Assembly (NCBI GenBank): GCA_973895155.1
Contig: OZ316891.1
Span: forward strand, 1,541,324-1,605,323
From: Marsupella aquatica
Taxonomy: Eukaryota; Plantae; Marchantiophyta
DNA length: 64,000 nt
Reading direction: 5' to 3'
Numbering within the stretch: the stretch's first letter is position 1; every line of letters starts with the position of its first letter. A model generated the notes under the pieces. That model saw only the letters and a program-made list of their open reading frames with translations. It searched no databases and was not told the origin of the DNA. Of the stretch, positions 52,559 to 64,000 are shown piece after piece. The translations under genes and the position numbers were made by a program.

Positions 52559-54952
52559 GTACGCCATGTTCATCTAAGTTCATTTTCTACAGAGCACAAG
52601 TAACAGAGGCAAAATGCGCTACTCTGCCTGCGTTATACTGAATGACAGAGTAATTGTAGGTCATTCATCTTTCTAGCTTGCTCTCTCTTCTCTGTTTGTA
52701 TCTCTCACTCACTGAATCTGCCTCTCGCTGTCTCTTTCGGTCTAAGATTTAGTCTCTGCTTGTGATAATACAGTAGCCAGCCTGGAAGGAATTTCTTGGA
52801 CTGGGATTAGGTCGATTCGTAGCGTAGCCAACGAACGCTGGCTACTATATTCCGATTGTCTCGTGTCATTACAATAACCTGCGGAGCTCGAAAACCAGAG
52901 CATCAAGCACAGAGAAGCACCAAATCCAGCAACCCGAGAAGAGAATAACCTGTAGTTGTTTATCCTGCTGCCGGACGCTGACTGTGCATGACATAACGTG
53001 TACTGTTAAGCCGACAGCGAAATTTCAGAACTCGCGTCGTCGACTGAATGAAATTACTCATTTTCAGCCATGAAACTCAAGATTAACCGTTATCAGAATG
53101 ACAAGTCATTCATATCGATGCAAGAACTCGAAATTATTCATCACCAGGAACAGAATTAGAGAGTATCCGTCATCAAGAACAGAAGGTAAGACTTCATTCT
53201 TAGGCGCAGAACCTGTTCCCAATCGAACTCAAACAGCCAGTGACGCTTTGAAACCAACTGCCGTGAGACTACAGTAGAGGTGATAATTGCAGTGCATGCA
53301 GCAATGCCACTAATCCAGATGAAGTGTGTGTTGACCCGATTTCGTTCGTCTCATCATATCATCTACTGCACTAAGCGTACCTGGAGCACCTCCGCAACAG
53401 AATCAGATTGGACCGACTTCCAACAAATGCGATCGGGTGGACTTGTAATCTTGATCACAAAAGTCATGAGCTCCAATTATCTCCAAGCGCAACTCCATTG
53501 AACAAGCGTCCAGGTTCTCAATTCAAAACTTGAAGACCTTTGCCAACACATCAAAGCCTTCCACACCGATACCATTGCTGTAATTTTACTTCCGGTTTTT
53601 AGGTTTCGCTTCACTCGAAATCCTACCCAGAGATTGAGATGTGGCTGTGTGTTTATCTGCTTTCGCGTACTGACTGGCCATGACGCCATTCGTGATTAAT
53701 CAATAGACTGACAATGAGGTTCTTGGGTGGGAACTGACAAGCTAATTCTGATAATTACAGGATTAAGGAGTCATCCTTGTTTGGAGGGAGATCCTGCCGT
53801 GAAGCAGCAACCTCAATGTGTCTTCATAAAAATGTCGTGGCTTTGTGGATGTTCGCACTCTTCGGACCTACATCAGGAATAGTTCTCACAAATCAAACCG
53901 GTTCGGTTTAAGAATAATTTCTTAAATCCCAGCAAGTCTCGTTCTAAACGGTCCCTGGAGTTTTCGTTCTCTGTATAATCATTCTGTCTACCCTGATGAG
54001 CTTTGGCTCTCTCCCTGATCCTGATGTTGTCTAGTATGGAATATTCAACTCTTGATTACATCGTCTCAGAGCACTAGCTCTCACAAACCGGCAGATTTCA
54101 GAACCGAATCTAACTGACCTTTGAGTAACTAACGCCCAGGGTCTCGCATTGACTTGACGAAAATGAATGTAATGTTCACAGAGATTTGCTATCGTTTTGT
54201 CTTCATCGATTACACCGCTTCAAAAGTCAGACATCGGATGCTCTTTCAGTTGGGAGATCAATCTTTTGAAGAATGTTTCCCATCCAGTTCGTCTGCATCG
54301 AGCCTTGAGGAAGAGTCACGGGCTGTCTCCATATCTGACATGTCGGAAAGATATCACGTACAATTTATCTGTACTGAATTGGAGACCGAAAAGTGTATGG
54401 GACGGGTAATGCTAACCGTTGAACTCCTCTTGAACCGTTGCAAAACGGATCCTTCAAGAATCTAGTCATTTCATCTGACTCAAATCCTTGGACTCACTTG
54501 ATAGCCACAATGGCACATATTGTCTTTCATGTTATCTGTCCCAGAAGAACAATCTACAGATTAGGATGACCTAAGACAAGCAAAGTGCAAGCAATTGCAT
54601 CGTAGTTCCATACCCACTTCCTGTAAGAATCCTATGTGACAGCTAGTACAAATGTCCAGCCTGAGCAAAACAACTGAGCCGATACTAAACCTTTCTTTAT
54701 TGCGACACTTCGAAGTTAATCCGTCTATTCAACAAATTTCAGATTCAAGTTCATGAATAGAACACTGAGCTACTGTAACAAGTATGACCAGAGGTGTAAT
54801 TAGGACGAGCACATTGTAGTGCTTTCGTCCTACATAGGGTAACAACCCCGTCTGGTGTCCGTCACTCTAGGACACCATTCCTGCCTCAATGGAATGCAGA
54901 AATATATTCGATGACTCATGACCTAATGACTGGACGAAAGTATTTGCCGAAG

Positions 54953-57279
54953 TTAAGACTTTCCACAGCATCTGCGAGACAAACAGGGAACTTGATTCAG
55001 CGAATAGACTTGACCACCATCAAATTTAGTTTATGTGCTCGCTCATTGTGTCCTCACCGTCCATTGCGATGTAAAGATTACCACCTGACAATCACAGTGA
55101 TGTGTGCACTCTCATCATGCATAAATCACTGAGATATCATTGATTTTCATGCTAATATTCACAAGTCCCAGGATTTGGAGAAAGCCTCGTTTCAGTACCG
55201 AAGGCCATCCAATACCTACTCTTCCTAATACGTCGCATTCAGGTGTTGTCTATAGAAGCTTGAAAAGTATGTGCAAATCCCAAGTCAGAAGATCTCCGTG
55301 GGACATCACCAGAGTATTTCTTTGTGGCCAGCTATTCATATCTGTTGCAAAGTGCTCCTAGAGAAAGAAAATGCGGGTAGTACCAAAACCATTATGGAGA
55401 TGACAGGCCAGGGATAAAGAGGAAGATTTGTACCGTTTATACTTCTTTCCGGAGCCACACTGGCAGGGACTATTGCGGCTGGGCTGACTGTCTTTAGATA
55501 GATTGACCGACGCAGCTGCCTTCCAACGGCTTCCCATTATCTTTTCAACCTGCTTGAGAACATCGATGTACTCAGCCAAATACAAGGAAACGATTACAAG
55601 CCCAAGAAAGTAAACCCACGACATGATACAAACGCCGTCCGGTCAGCAAACTATCAACAGCCGCTTAGCACTGAAATGAACACAGCATCAATGAAATCGT
55701 TTCCTGTGATCAAAACCAATCAGATAGGTATGAAAGAAAATGACACGGCTGGACGGGTGTCAAATGTTGCTGAGTGAATACCATCAGTGTCATTGACCAC
55801 AAAGAATGACTTGACTTTGTCTCAGCTATACTGTTGCACATACTAAGTAACGAAATGGCCAGTGTATAACCATCTGTGCTGGGATGTGCAATGGAACTCA
55901 TTCAAAAAATGCTCTAGACGGGTATAGGTCGAAACCATCTCTGCCTTCTTCTCGTTTCCTTCCTGGCATGCTAGAACCCCTCTCCTTCGTCACTGCAAAA
56001 TAAATCAGAAGTTACCTCGTCCAGCGACTTGGGCAGAGGTTTCCCTTCTGCTTTGAGCCGCATCATCCGTGCATTCGCTTCCTTCGCCCATTCATACTTT
56101 CCGAGGACATCATTCACATCCTTCACCGTGCAACCGCATTGTGTTGCAACTTCACTCTTGTGCTTGGCTTCCAGACGCTGAACTGGAAAAATGACCGACA
56201 ACATCAAGACTAAACACGCAGGTACAACAAATCAACATTTGTACACTTGATTCTCCTAAACCCTCCAACATTTCAACCATTCTTTCTCAGCGTAGGTTAA
56301 AGCTAATAAAAGCATCAAATCATTCTGACAAGTCCATAGCTGGCTAGACAGTACTGAACAACAAATGTCAACTCGTTGGTCAGTGCTGGGGTCTACCTGT
56401 CCATCTGGGCTATAAGTAGCTAGTTTGCGAAGAATCTCTTCCTGCCTCTGCAGAGAGCGAGCAGCAATAGCTTCACCGCCGCGGGGAAGTCCACGACCAA
56501 ATTGCGTCATTTTCCCAAATGACTGAGCCTGCTTCATCTCGTCTGCAAATTCTGCCATCAAGAACCGAGAGAAGGCAAACAAAAAAAGTTATTAGAACCG
56601 GGTCGACGTTCATTAAAAAGTATCGAACTTTTGTCCTTGGTGCACAACTGCTTAGTCATGACAACAAGGGAAGACATCAAACAGGATACTATCATGAGCG
56701 TTGCTTATTCAAGCCTCTTTCAACATAACATTCCGTATCAGAACAACGAGACAGTTGAAAATCAACAAATCCTACTATACTGCAAAGAAACGCAGCCAAA
56801 AAAATTTATCATGTGAGTTGCAAAACGAAACCAGAACTGATTTGATTCACAAACACTCATTGACAAAGCATTTAAGTGCAAACAAACCCAGTGCATAAAC
56901 AGACCGATTGCCCAGTGAGCCTCAACACACGCAATCACTCACTCTCGAGACTCAACTCGTCCGTCGACACAGGAACCGGGGCCTGAAGTTGGGAGGAAAC
57001 AATTCCCTGGTCCGCCGCAGTCTGCACCCTTTCCTGACCGAGAAACAATCCTTTCAACCGTTGCAGCCACGAAGAAGACGATGAAGGTTCCTCCGATGCG
57101 GAAGAGGAAAAAGAATGTGCCAGGACGACATTTCCAGGGAGTCCAAAATGTTTGTGCTGGACAGGAGCAGCATGCGGTGAAGCCAGTAGAGCTGGGGAAT
57201 GTTGATGGAGATGGAGCTGGGGATGGGAATGGCGATGGAGCTGCCAAAGGCGACGGAGTAGTAGTCGCCGAGCTTCCAT
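54953..57279 (-). CDS. Organelle-targeted protein with an SRP54 M-domain-like region and a C-terminal SEC-C zinc motif (5 exons)
   Basis: Exons 57279-56943, 56551-56397, 56177-56016, 55549-55434 and 54971-54953. The N-terminus is an Arg/Leu-rich transit peptide. Core: KSEVATQCGCTVKDVNDVLGKYEWAKE..GKPLPKS. The spliced end reads SRNSPCQCGSGKKYKR/CCGKS*. Confidence 0.85.
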
Positions 57280-57404
57280 CTCGACCACGCTAGTCACCGG
57301 AGCTCCGATTTCAATGTCATAGCAAGCGCAATGGGATGAGCAGCCGTCTCCGTCTTCTTCGTTCGATCGGAGACCCAAGGACACAAAATGTTGAATGTCG
57401 CATT

Positions 57405-57421
57405 TAAACCCTAAACCCTAA
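57405..57421. promoter_or_regulatory. Double telo-box (AAACCCTA x2) upstream of the SEC-C gene
   Basis: TAAACCCTAAACCCTAA lies about 130 bp upstream of the ATG at 57279. Confidence 0.5.
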
Positions 57422-57801
57422 CTACAGTACACAGTGAGCATCGCTACTAAGCCAAATCTGACATTTGTTCCCTGTCACTGATCCCAGGCGCAAATAGTGC
57501 AGTCAGCTATTTTTTTTTCTCTATTTGAAAATTTAGCCAATGTGGCTCCTTACTCGAGTATGGAATAACGAAAGTTGGGGTACTCAACGTGTTTAGGGTT
57601 GCCGCCAGCCACCTGGTTAAGAGTAAATTCATTGGCTAATACCAGCCAATACCAAAGTTTAGGGGTGCACTCAGGTGTCTAATGGTAACTTGACCTGCTG
57701 CTCTCTTTAATAGAAACTGAGAAATTAATTTTCTTGGGAAAACTTTTTGGCTCCGCTAGCTCATTCTCAGTGACTGGTGACTATGTACATTGAATGGTAA
57801 T

Positions 57802-57969
57802 AGGGTGTGTCAAAGCACAGCTGTACCTGAGTTACAGTTCAGGACAGAAAATGCACTTACGACCAGGACAGAATCATTATGGGTTACCTAAATACGTACC
57901 CCAAAGGGTGGTACATCCAAAAAAATTAAACCGTAACCAAAGATTTATGGGAGAACTTTGACATGCCCT
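57802..57969. mobile_element. Tourist/PIF-Harbinger-like MITE, copy B
   Basis: TIRs AGGGTGTGTCAAAG ... CTTTGACATGCCCT flanked by AAT/AAT; homologous to 17730-17900. Confidence 0.78.
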
Positions 57970-58176
57970 AATGAGCAACAGGCAAACAGCCCTTATCTTG
58001 CTTAGGGCTTGCTGGCAAATGATGCCTGCCTTTGACCCTGATGTGGCGAATGGCTGCCATTTTCCCCATAACTTAGTCCAGGTATCATTACCCATTACCC
58101 AGCCCCTTAATTTTCTAGTTAAGTTTCTAGCAAATTTTGGCCCACTAAAAATGGCTGAGTGCAGTATTTAACCAAC

Positions 58177-58340
58177 TGGCTTTGGTCAATTGGCTAGGGG
58201 ATTAGCCTCGAACTGAGAGGTCCCAGTTTCAATCCCCCCCCCCCTCCACATGGTGTGTGTGTGTGTGTTGGCCAAGGGAGTGGCCTTGAACCGAGAGGTC
58301 CCAGGTTCAATCCCCCTTTCACATGGTGTGTGTGTGTGTC
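58177..58340 (+). other. Two tandem tRNA-like heads, each followed by (TG)n (SINE-like or tRNA-derived remnant)
   Basis: ttggc(t/c)a.ggga.t.gcct(c/t)gaac.gagaggtcccag(t/g)ttcaatcccc occurs twice with a B-box-like GGTTCAATCC. No complete cloverleaf can be formed. Confidence 0.5.
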
Positions 58341-59489
58341 TCTGTGGGTGGGGTGTAGTGGTGGGAGTTCTAATTTCTCCTCAGCCCTAGTTGATCCGCT
58401 TTGGGACTCATGTTCAACTCTCTCCCTTCTGGTGTGGGCATGACCCCCTTGTGAGTTACTCTATAGATTGTGCGCCTTCCAAAAAGGGCTACTGCCACTA
58501 ACTCTGGCACTGGAGTCCGCACCAAATATTTGTTTGCACATATGCGTAGGAGCCCTTTAGAAAAATGACCCAATTCTGAAGATTGGATGATGTAGCAATG
58601 AACTCATTGTCTTTCTCGAGATACTCAAGGTGTTCCCTTCATTCATTTTTGTGTTTTCCTTCAATTTTGTGTTGTTCCTTATGGTTTCTTGCATTTTAAA
58701 TGGCAAATCCTCCAGATTTTTTATTTTCTAATCTTGAAGTCAATTGTCTCTGAAATTTTGCCAAAACAGTTGTCCCTTCTTGCTCAATCATCTTGGAAAG
58801 TTTGAGTCCATTGGTCTAGGGAGTATACTACTACAAAATCCTGAGGTTGGTGGCGCTTGAAAGTTTATATTGACAATAGTCCATTCTTTTGCTATGATCT
58901 GGGAAATTTTGAGTCCATTCAATCCAAAATATGTAGTTCTAGAAATTTTGAGCGATTTTAGACATTTGCTTTCTGTCCAACTTTTTGTTCTCTACATCTC
59001 AATTCTCCAGATTTGTCATTTGCCCGTGAAAGTCCAAAATAGTTTTTCCTTCTTGCTCTATGATTGTAGAAAGTTTGAGTTCATTCTATGCATGGAATGT
59101 TGTTCTAGAAGATTTGAGAGATTTAGATCCTTTTCCCTATCCTATAGTCTTGTTGTCCACCTCCCAGTCCTTTTGATTTTTCATTTTTGACCCTGAGGTG
59201 GTTGCTTCTAAAACTTTTCCAAAATAGCTTGCCTGCAACTTTCCAATACGTCCAACTCATAGACTTGAACCAACCAATGAGCAAGTCAATGATCCGGCCA
59301 AACACCATCGTCAATCCTCACCAAAACATTTTGGCATGACAAAGGCAAGAATGACACTTCTACAACAATCACACAACCGTAGTGACAACCTAGTGGAACA
59401 CTGACAATTGACATTCACAACCACAAGACATCCATGGGGACAGCCCAATCACAAGCTCATCTAGAAGCCTGAAATAAGTAAATTTAGTT

Positions 59490-59748
59490 GCATAGATCTC
59501 TTCACCTTGCCTCCATGACACTTTTTTTCCTCAATGACTTTCTTCACAACATTGTTTGCACAATGACATTTTTTACATTAAGACATCTTTACATAACATC
59601 TACTTTGCCTTGACATCTTTTGTACAATGACATTATTTGAGCAATGACATCTTTTACATAACAATATCTTTTATGCAACGACATCTTGTATGTGACAAGT
59701 TCTTTTATGCAACAACACCTTTTGTGCAACTCATGGGTATTGAGCTAA
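59490..59748 (+). mobile_element. Degenerate Helitron-like end with GACATCTTT minisatellite
   Basis: Recurring tgacat(c/t)ttt units ending in gtgcaactcatgggtattgagctaat, a decayed hairpin plus CTAR. A similar end lies on the minus strand at 60279-60308. Confidence 0.4.
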
Positions 59749-60655
59749 TAAACATATATGATTATTTATATAAAAGTGCAAAGGAACCACAACACCTTAT
59801 CTAGATGCAAGATTGCAAAGACCAAAAACCCAAGATTGAAAGAGGGAAAATAAGGTCTGGAGAAAACCAAGAAAGCCCAAGAGCCAAAAAAGCCGAAGAG
59901 TCAAAAAGTCCACAAGCTTGACCAACAAAATAACTAAAGCCCTACTGAGCCACAACCTGAAAGGCCTGGTAGAGCTCTAGGGTGAGCATACATAAGGGAA
60001 AATGTCAGCATGTGTCCATCAAAAAGCTCAGGCACTGTCACATTGAGATGCACTCAAAGTAGACTAATGGATTAGTGAGCACGGGTCCGAATGCCCATTC
60101 TTGAATATGAATAGACATGGTGATAAAAATCACCATGCATGCTCATCATACATAATTATATCCCATCCTACTTTCTATGGACATAAATTTGGTGGGGCCT
60201 TAGGTGTTATGGTCTACATACTTTGTTGTAGAAGTCTAAATCCCAACTCTAGGTTCCGTTCTCAATTTATTAGTAAGATTAGTTCAATACCCGTGCATTG
60301 GGCCGGACTTGGTCGCGGCTCGCTGCCCAGGGCTGGCTGATCGGCCATGAGGCAAGGTGGACATGGGTTTTAGTGGCATCACGCAGTGTCGACTGGCAAG
60401 GTTGTTGCCCAACACTGCAATCCAAGTGACTGAGGAGCAACATTCACATTATAGTTTTTTTGTCTTATTGCTTTTGTTTTTCTAGGTTTTTTATTTTCAC
60501 ACCCAAAAAGCCTCAGCAAATGTAAACCACAACCACTTAAAAAAACACACAACCCTTTAGTATAGTTTTTGATGCAAAAATCCAAAATGTTTGGCATGCC
60601 CCAAAAAATTCTCCTTCCAACGTGTGCGCTTTAATATTTGAAAAAAGACACATTT

Positions 60656-60997
60656 TGGTGAGCATAGACGACAATCGCAAAGGCAAGTCCATGAACCATC
60701 CAACGTGCAAGTATCGACACAAAGAGATAATGGTTCATCTCCATATGAGGCTACGTCCACGAAACACACAAGTGCTTTATTGCACTCTAGGCCGATCGGC
60801 CATACCAAACATCCACAACACAAGCTCTCCCTATCTCTAAACTGGCTCAGTAACAATGAGCCTGAGTTCTTTCTCTTCAAGCAAACACCGCTTGGGTATA
60901 GTGTGAGCACAAATTACTAACCTAACCTAGTCTGCAACTAAGGTTAGCCCTAACTATGATACAGTCGTAACTCTAGATCTAAGAGTAGATCCTAACA
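60656..60997. mobile_element. Probable solo LTR (342 bp)
   Basis: Begins TG and ends CTAACA, flanked by the 5-bp direct repeat CATTT at 60651-60655 and 60998-61002. Confidence 0.55.
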
Positions 60998-61222
60998 CAT
61001 TTTAGGTGATATCACATAAGAATCTTCTCATGTACTCTATATCTACTTTTCTAATATGCAATACAACCAAAAAGTTCTTTTGTCTGCTTACAAAATTGGA
61101 AATGGAAGGAACCAACTTGAGGCGTCAGATTTTATTTAAGATTTCTGTGTGCTCTTGGATTAAATCACTACCGTCGGATTTTATTTAAGCTTTTTATTTA
61201 CTCTTGGATTGAGTGACCAGGA

Positions 61223-61501
61223 CTCGGGGGTTTCACTTCCACCAAAATGGCCAATCACGTGCGACAAAGGATAGGGTCATTTTATTGGTTCGAAGGGAAA
61301 ACGTACAAATTTTCTCAGAAGAACAATAAGGTCTTTTAAATCCAATTTTGAGACTTATAAGAACATTAGGGTATTTCTAATCATTTTTGGAATATTCCAA
61401 CTTTATAGAGGTTGAAAATATATTTTTTATTACATTTTAGGGGGTATGAGGCCTAAAAATGTCGTAGGTGATGGGGGAGGCATCCATATAGTAAGACGAA
61501 G
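61223..61501. mobile_element. MITE of the CTCGGGGG-TIR family with an 8-bp TSD
   Basis: Left TIR CTCGGGGGTTTCACT; right TIR decayed. TSD GACCAGGA at 61215-61222 and 61502-61509. Homologous along its length to 62692-62948. Confidence 0.85.
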
Positions 61502-62691
61502 GACCAGGAGTGTCAATGATATACTTACTTTTATAGACTAAAAAACTTTTTGGCGGCATTGCATATTATAGTCCGAGTAGATGATAACCACTCTATAAAT
61601 TGACACATCATTATAGGTGTTAATAGGGATTCTAGCAATAAGGCTATATTGTTCACCATAATTAGTGTTATGCCAGAATTAGTGTTATGTCCAAATTAGT
61701 GTTAGTCACACTAATTTATGTCTCAATTTATGGGAACTTGATTCAGAAGCAAAAGTAACACTAATTAGTGTTGGTTTTCAAAATGTTTTTTTGAGGTTTT
61801 ATTTAAATGTTTTGTTTAGCATATTACACTGTAGAGCACCTAGAGGTTAAAGCTCTATAGTCGTGGAGTTAGGGCTAGAGGATTTGAGGGTTCCCCAACA
61901 TTTACTCCCACGCAAAATAGTTTTTGGATGTTTTATTTCACATCCAACAATAGAGTATTTGGAGATGCAGAGAGCGCTATAGTCATGGAGGCTAAAGTGG
62001 GATCTTTTTTTGTCAACTCACATTGAACTAGCCCTCACATTGTGCTCATCAATCATGGCAGAGCTATAGTAGCGAGGATACTCTAGCATGCAGTCAAGGG
62101 CATTCTTGGGAAAGCGTGATTAAGTGACATCTCTAAAGTACATTATTTGGAAAGCGTGATCAACTGACATCTCTAGAGTCGAAAGCGTACATTCTCTTTG
62201 GCATCGCTACAGTGTAGAGAGCCTTGCATCACTAGGGAGTGGAAGGCTCGTTGGCATTGCTACAATGTACAACTATGTAGTGCAAGGTAAGAGGACCTAA
62301 ACTGGCCATCTTCTTTATGATTGAGGTATTTTTTATTGCATAAACAAGCATAATTGTACACTACTCCATAAGTTCACATTTATTCTTGCTCCCATCCTAG
62401 ATTCTTTACCTACAAGCTCAAACTTTTCTCGATTAAGATATTTCTTCTTTAATGAAAAGAACTCACTACCCACATAATTCAAATTTTATCTTGTTTCTTC
62501 CTGGCATTTTGCTAAAGCTCTCGTCTTCTTATGATTCAATCCTTGCTAAATTAGTTTTAATCTCATCAAACGCTCCAACTTCTTTTCGATAGAATTTCAA
62601 TTACGGTAGTCAGAGTTTTGCATGCATAGAAATAGACTGGTGGGTCCAGAGTGAATTAATTTGCTTTGAATTGTTTTCCACAGAGTTTTAG

Positions 62692-62948
62692 CTCAGGGTT
62701 TCACTTCCACAAAAATGGCATATCACGTGCGACGAAGAATAGGGTCATTTTATTGGTTGTAAGAGAAGACTTAAGAAATTTTGTAGAAGAACATTAGGGT
62801 CTTTTTAATCCAATTTTTGGAATATTCCAAGAATATTCCAACTTTATAGGGATTTAAAAATTTAATTTTTTTTCTTACATTTTAGGGGGTCCGAGGCCTA
62901 AAAACGTCGCAGGTGATGGGGAGGTCCCTATATAGTGAGACCCCCGAG
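62692..62948. mobile_element. MITE of the CTCGGGGG-TIR family with an 8-bp TSD
   Basis: TIRs CTCAGGGTTTCACT ... AGTGAGACCCCCGAG. TSD AGTTTTAG at 62684-62691 and 62949-62956. Confidence 0.9.
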
Positions 62949-62968
62949 AGTTTTAGGGGTTTGATTTA

Positions 62969-64000
62969 TTGGATAGAGCAAGGATTGTCCAAGGGTCACC
63001 CTTGCTTGCAGCTTGGGCAAGAATTCCAGCTGCCAATGACCCATACATTGGTGAGACTAGCATCGAACCTGTTGTAGTTGCTCCCGCTCCAGAGATGCCA
63101 TTGCTTGTATTGTCTGGTCGGGCTGCACAAAATGTTGTCACCAAGGCCCAACATTTGAAGGTGATCAATTGGATGATTGCCATTATGCAAGAGAGGGGTG
63201 TCGAGGAGAGGATCAATGAAGTCCTCTATTGTGAAACAATTTCCAGATATTTTTAGGCAAAGGTCAGGATTAGCAAATCTCATGAAGGCAAGGAGGTGGT
63301 GGAAGGACCGAGCGAGCATCTTGGAAGAGTACAAAGTGCAAGGATTATCAAATTAGCCAATCAAATATGAGTGGAAGGAATACAATTCAGATGAAGGTAC
63401 GACCAAGGAGAGGAAGAAAGCGACATCCATGGATTGAATGGTTATATACCCCATGTAGTGAGAGAAGACTTCCAAAGACTCAAAAGGGTTGGCCTGAAAT
63501 TCTCTCCAAGGGTATTGAAATTAGTGGCCAAGAATGCTCTACTGACTAATCCTCATATTCTTTTCAATGCTAGGATTGTCATGGGTGATAGTCCTGAACT
63601 TCTCATCAATTGCATCACCTCTAGATGGACTCAAACATTTCAAGAAGCCCATAGTATTGTGCATAGGTCACAAACAGGAAAGCTACAGGTCTCTGGAGCA
63701 AAGCGTGAATTGATTGAACATGAGGTTGCTTTTCACATGAGAGTTTTATGCAGAGGATTTTGAGATGGCACATTAGACAAAGATCTGCAAGAAAATATGG
63801 ATGAAACTCATTTTCAGATTAACATGGATAACGGCTGGACACTCGGGTTTTGCGGAGATCAAAACATAAAGTATGCAGATGTGGTTTCAGAAGGAGTGGG
63901 CATCACCATGGTGGTAAAAGTAACTGGTGGATCTAGAGGTAAAATTGGTATTCCATTCCTGATTTTTCAGAACACCTTGTGCAATTACCCTATCAAAGGC
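62969..64000 (+). pseudogene. Decayed pogo/Tc1-mariner-like (DDE_1-type) transposase, truncated by the window edge
   Basis: Frameshifted pieces RGRKRHPWIEWLY / FQRLKRVGLKFS...ITSRWTQTFQEAHSIV...AFHMRVLCRGF*DG..ENMDETHFQINMDNGWTLGF..KYADVVS..TMVV..PFLIFQN..YPIKG. NMDET is the first catalytic Asp motif. In-frame TGA at 63761-63763. Confidence 0.8.

Noticed and set aside
57405-57421. Interstitial telomere
   Set aside because: Only about two units are present; treated as a promoter telo-box.
58177-58320. Functional tRNA-Ser gene
   Set aside because: There is no long variable arm and no good acceptor-stem pairing, and the unit is duplicated with (TG)n tails.

Overview
Eukaryotic nuclear DNA from a land plant: GT-AG introns, a NAC transcription factor, and roughly one gene per 8 kb. 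A CCDC15-like centriole gene suggests a lineage with flagellated sperm such as a bryophyte, lycophyte or fern (inference). I reconstructed eight protein-coding genes by hand: INO80B/IES2, a CCDC15-like gene with a 1-nt frameshift in its last exon, ATG10, a CDCA7-type zf-4CXXC_R1 protein with duplicated C-terminal domains, an ATAF/SNAC-type NAC factor, a stand-alone CLSY-type SAWADEE protein with no helicase, a DUF1680 (GH127/GH146) glycosidase, and an SRP-M-like/SEC-C protein. Intergenic DNA holds three CTC(G/A)GGG-TIR MITEs with 8-bp TSDs, two Tourist-like MITEs, Helitron-like ends, a solo LTR, a ~36-bp satellite, an extreme AT island, a tRNA-like tandem and a decayed pogo-like transposase at the right edge. 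There is no CRISPR array, rRNA or intact tRNA. Family assignments come from motif recognition and recall of known sequences; no database search was run.
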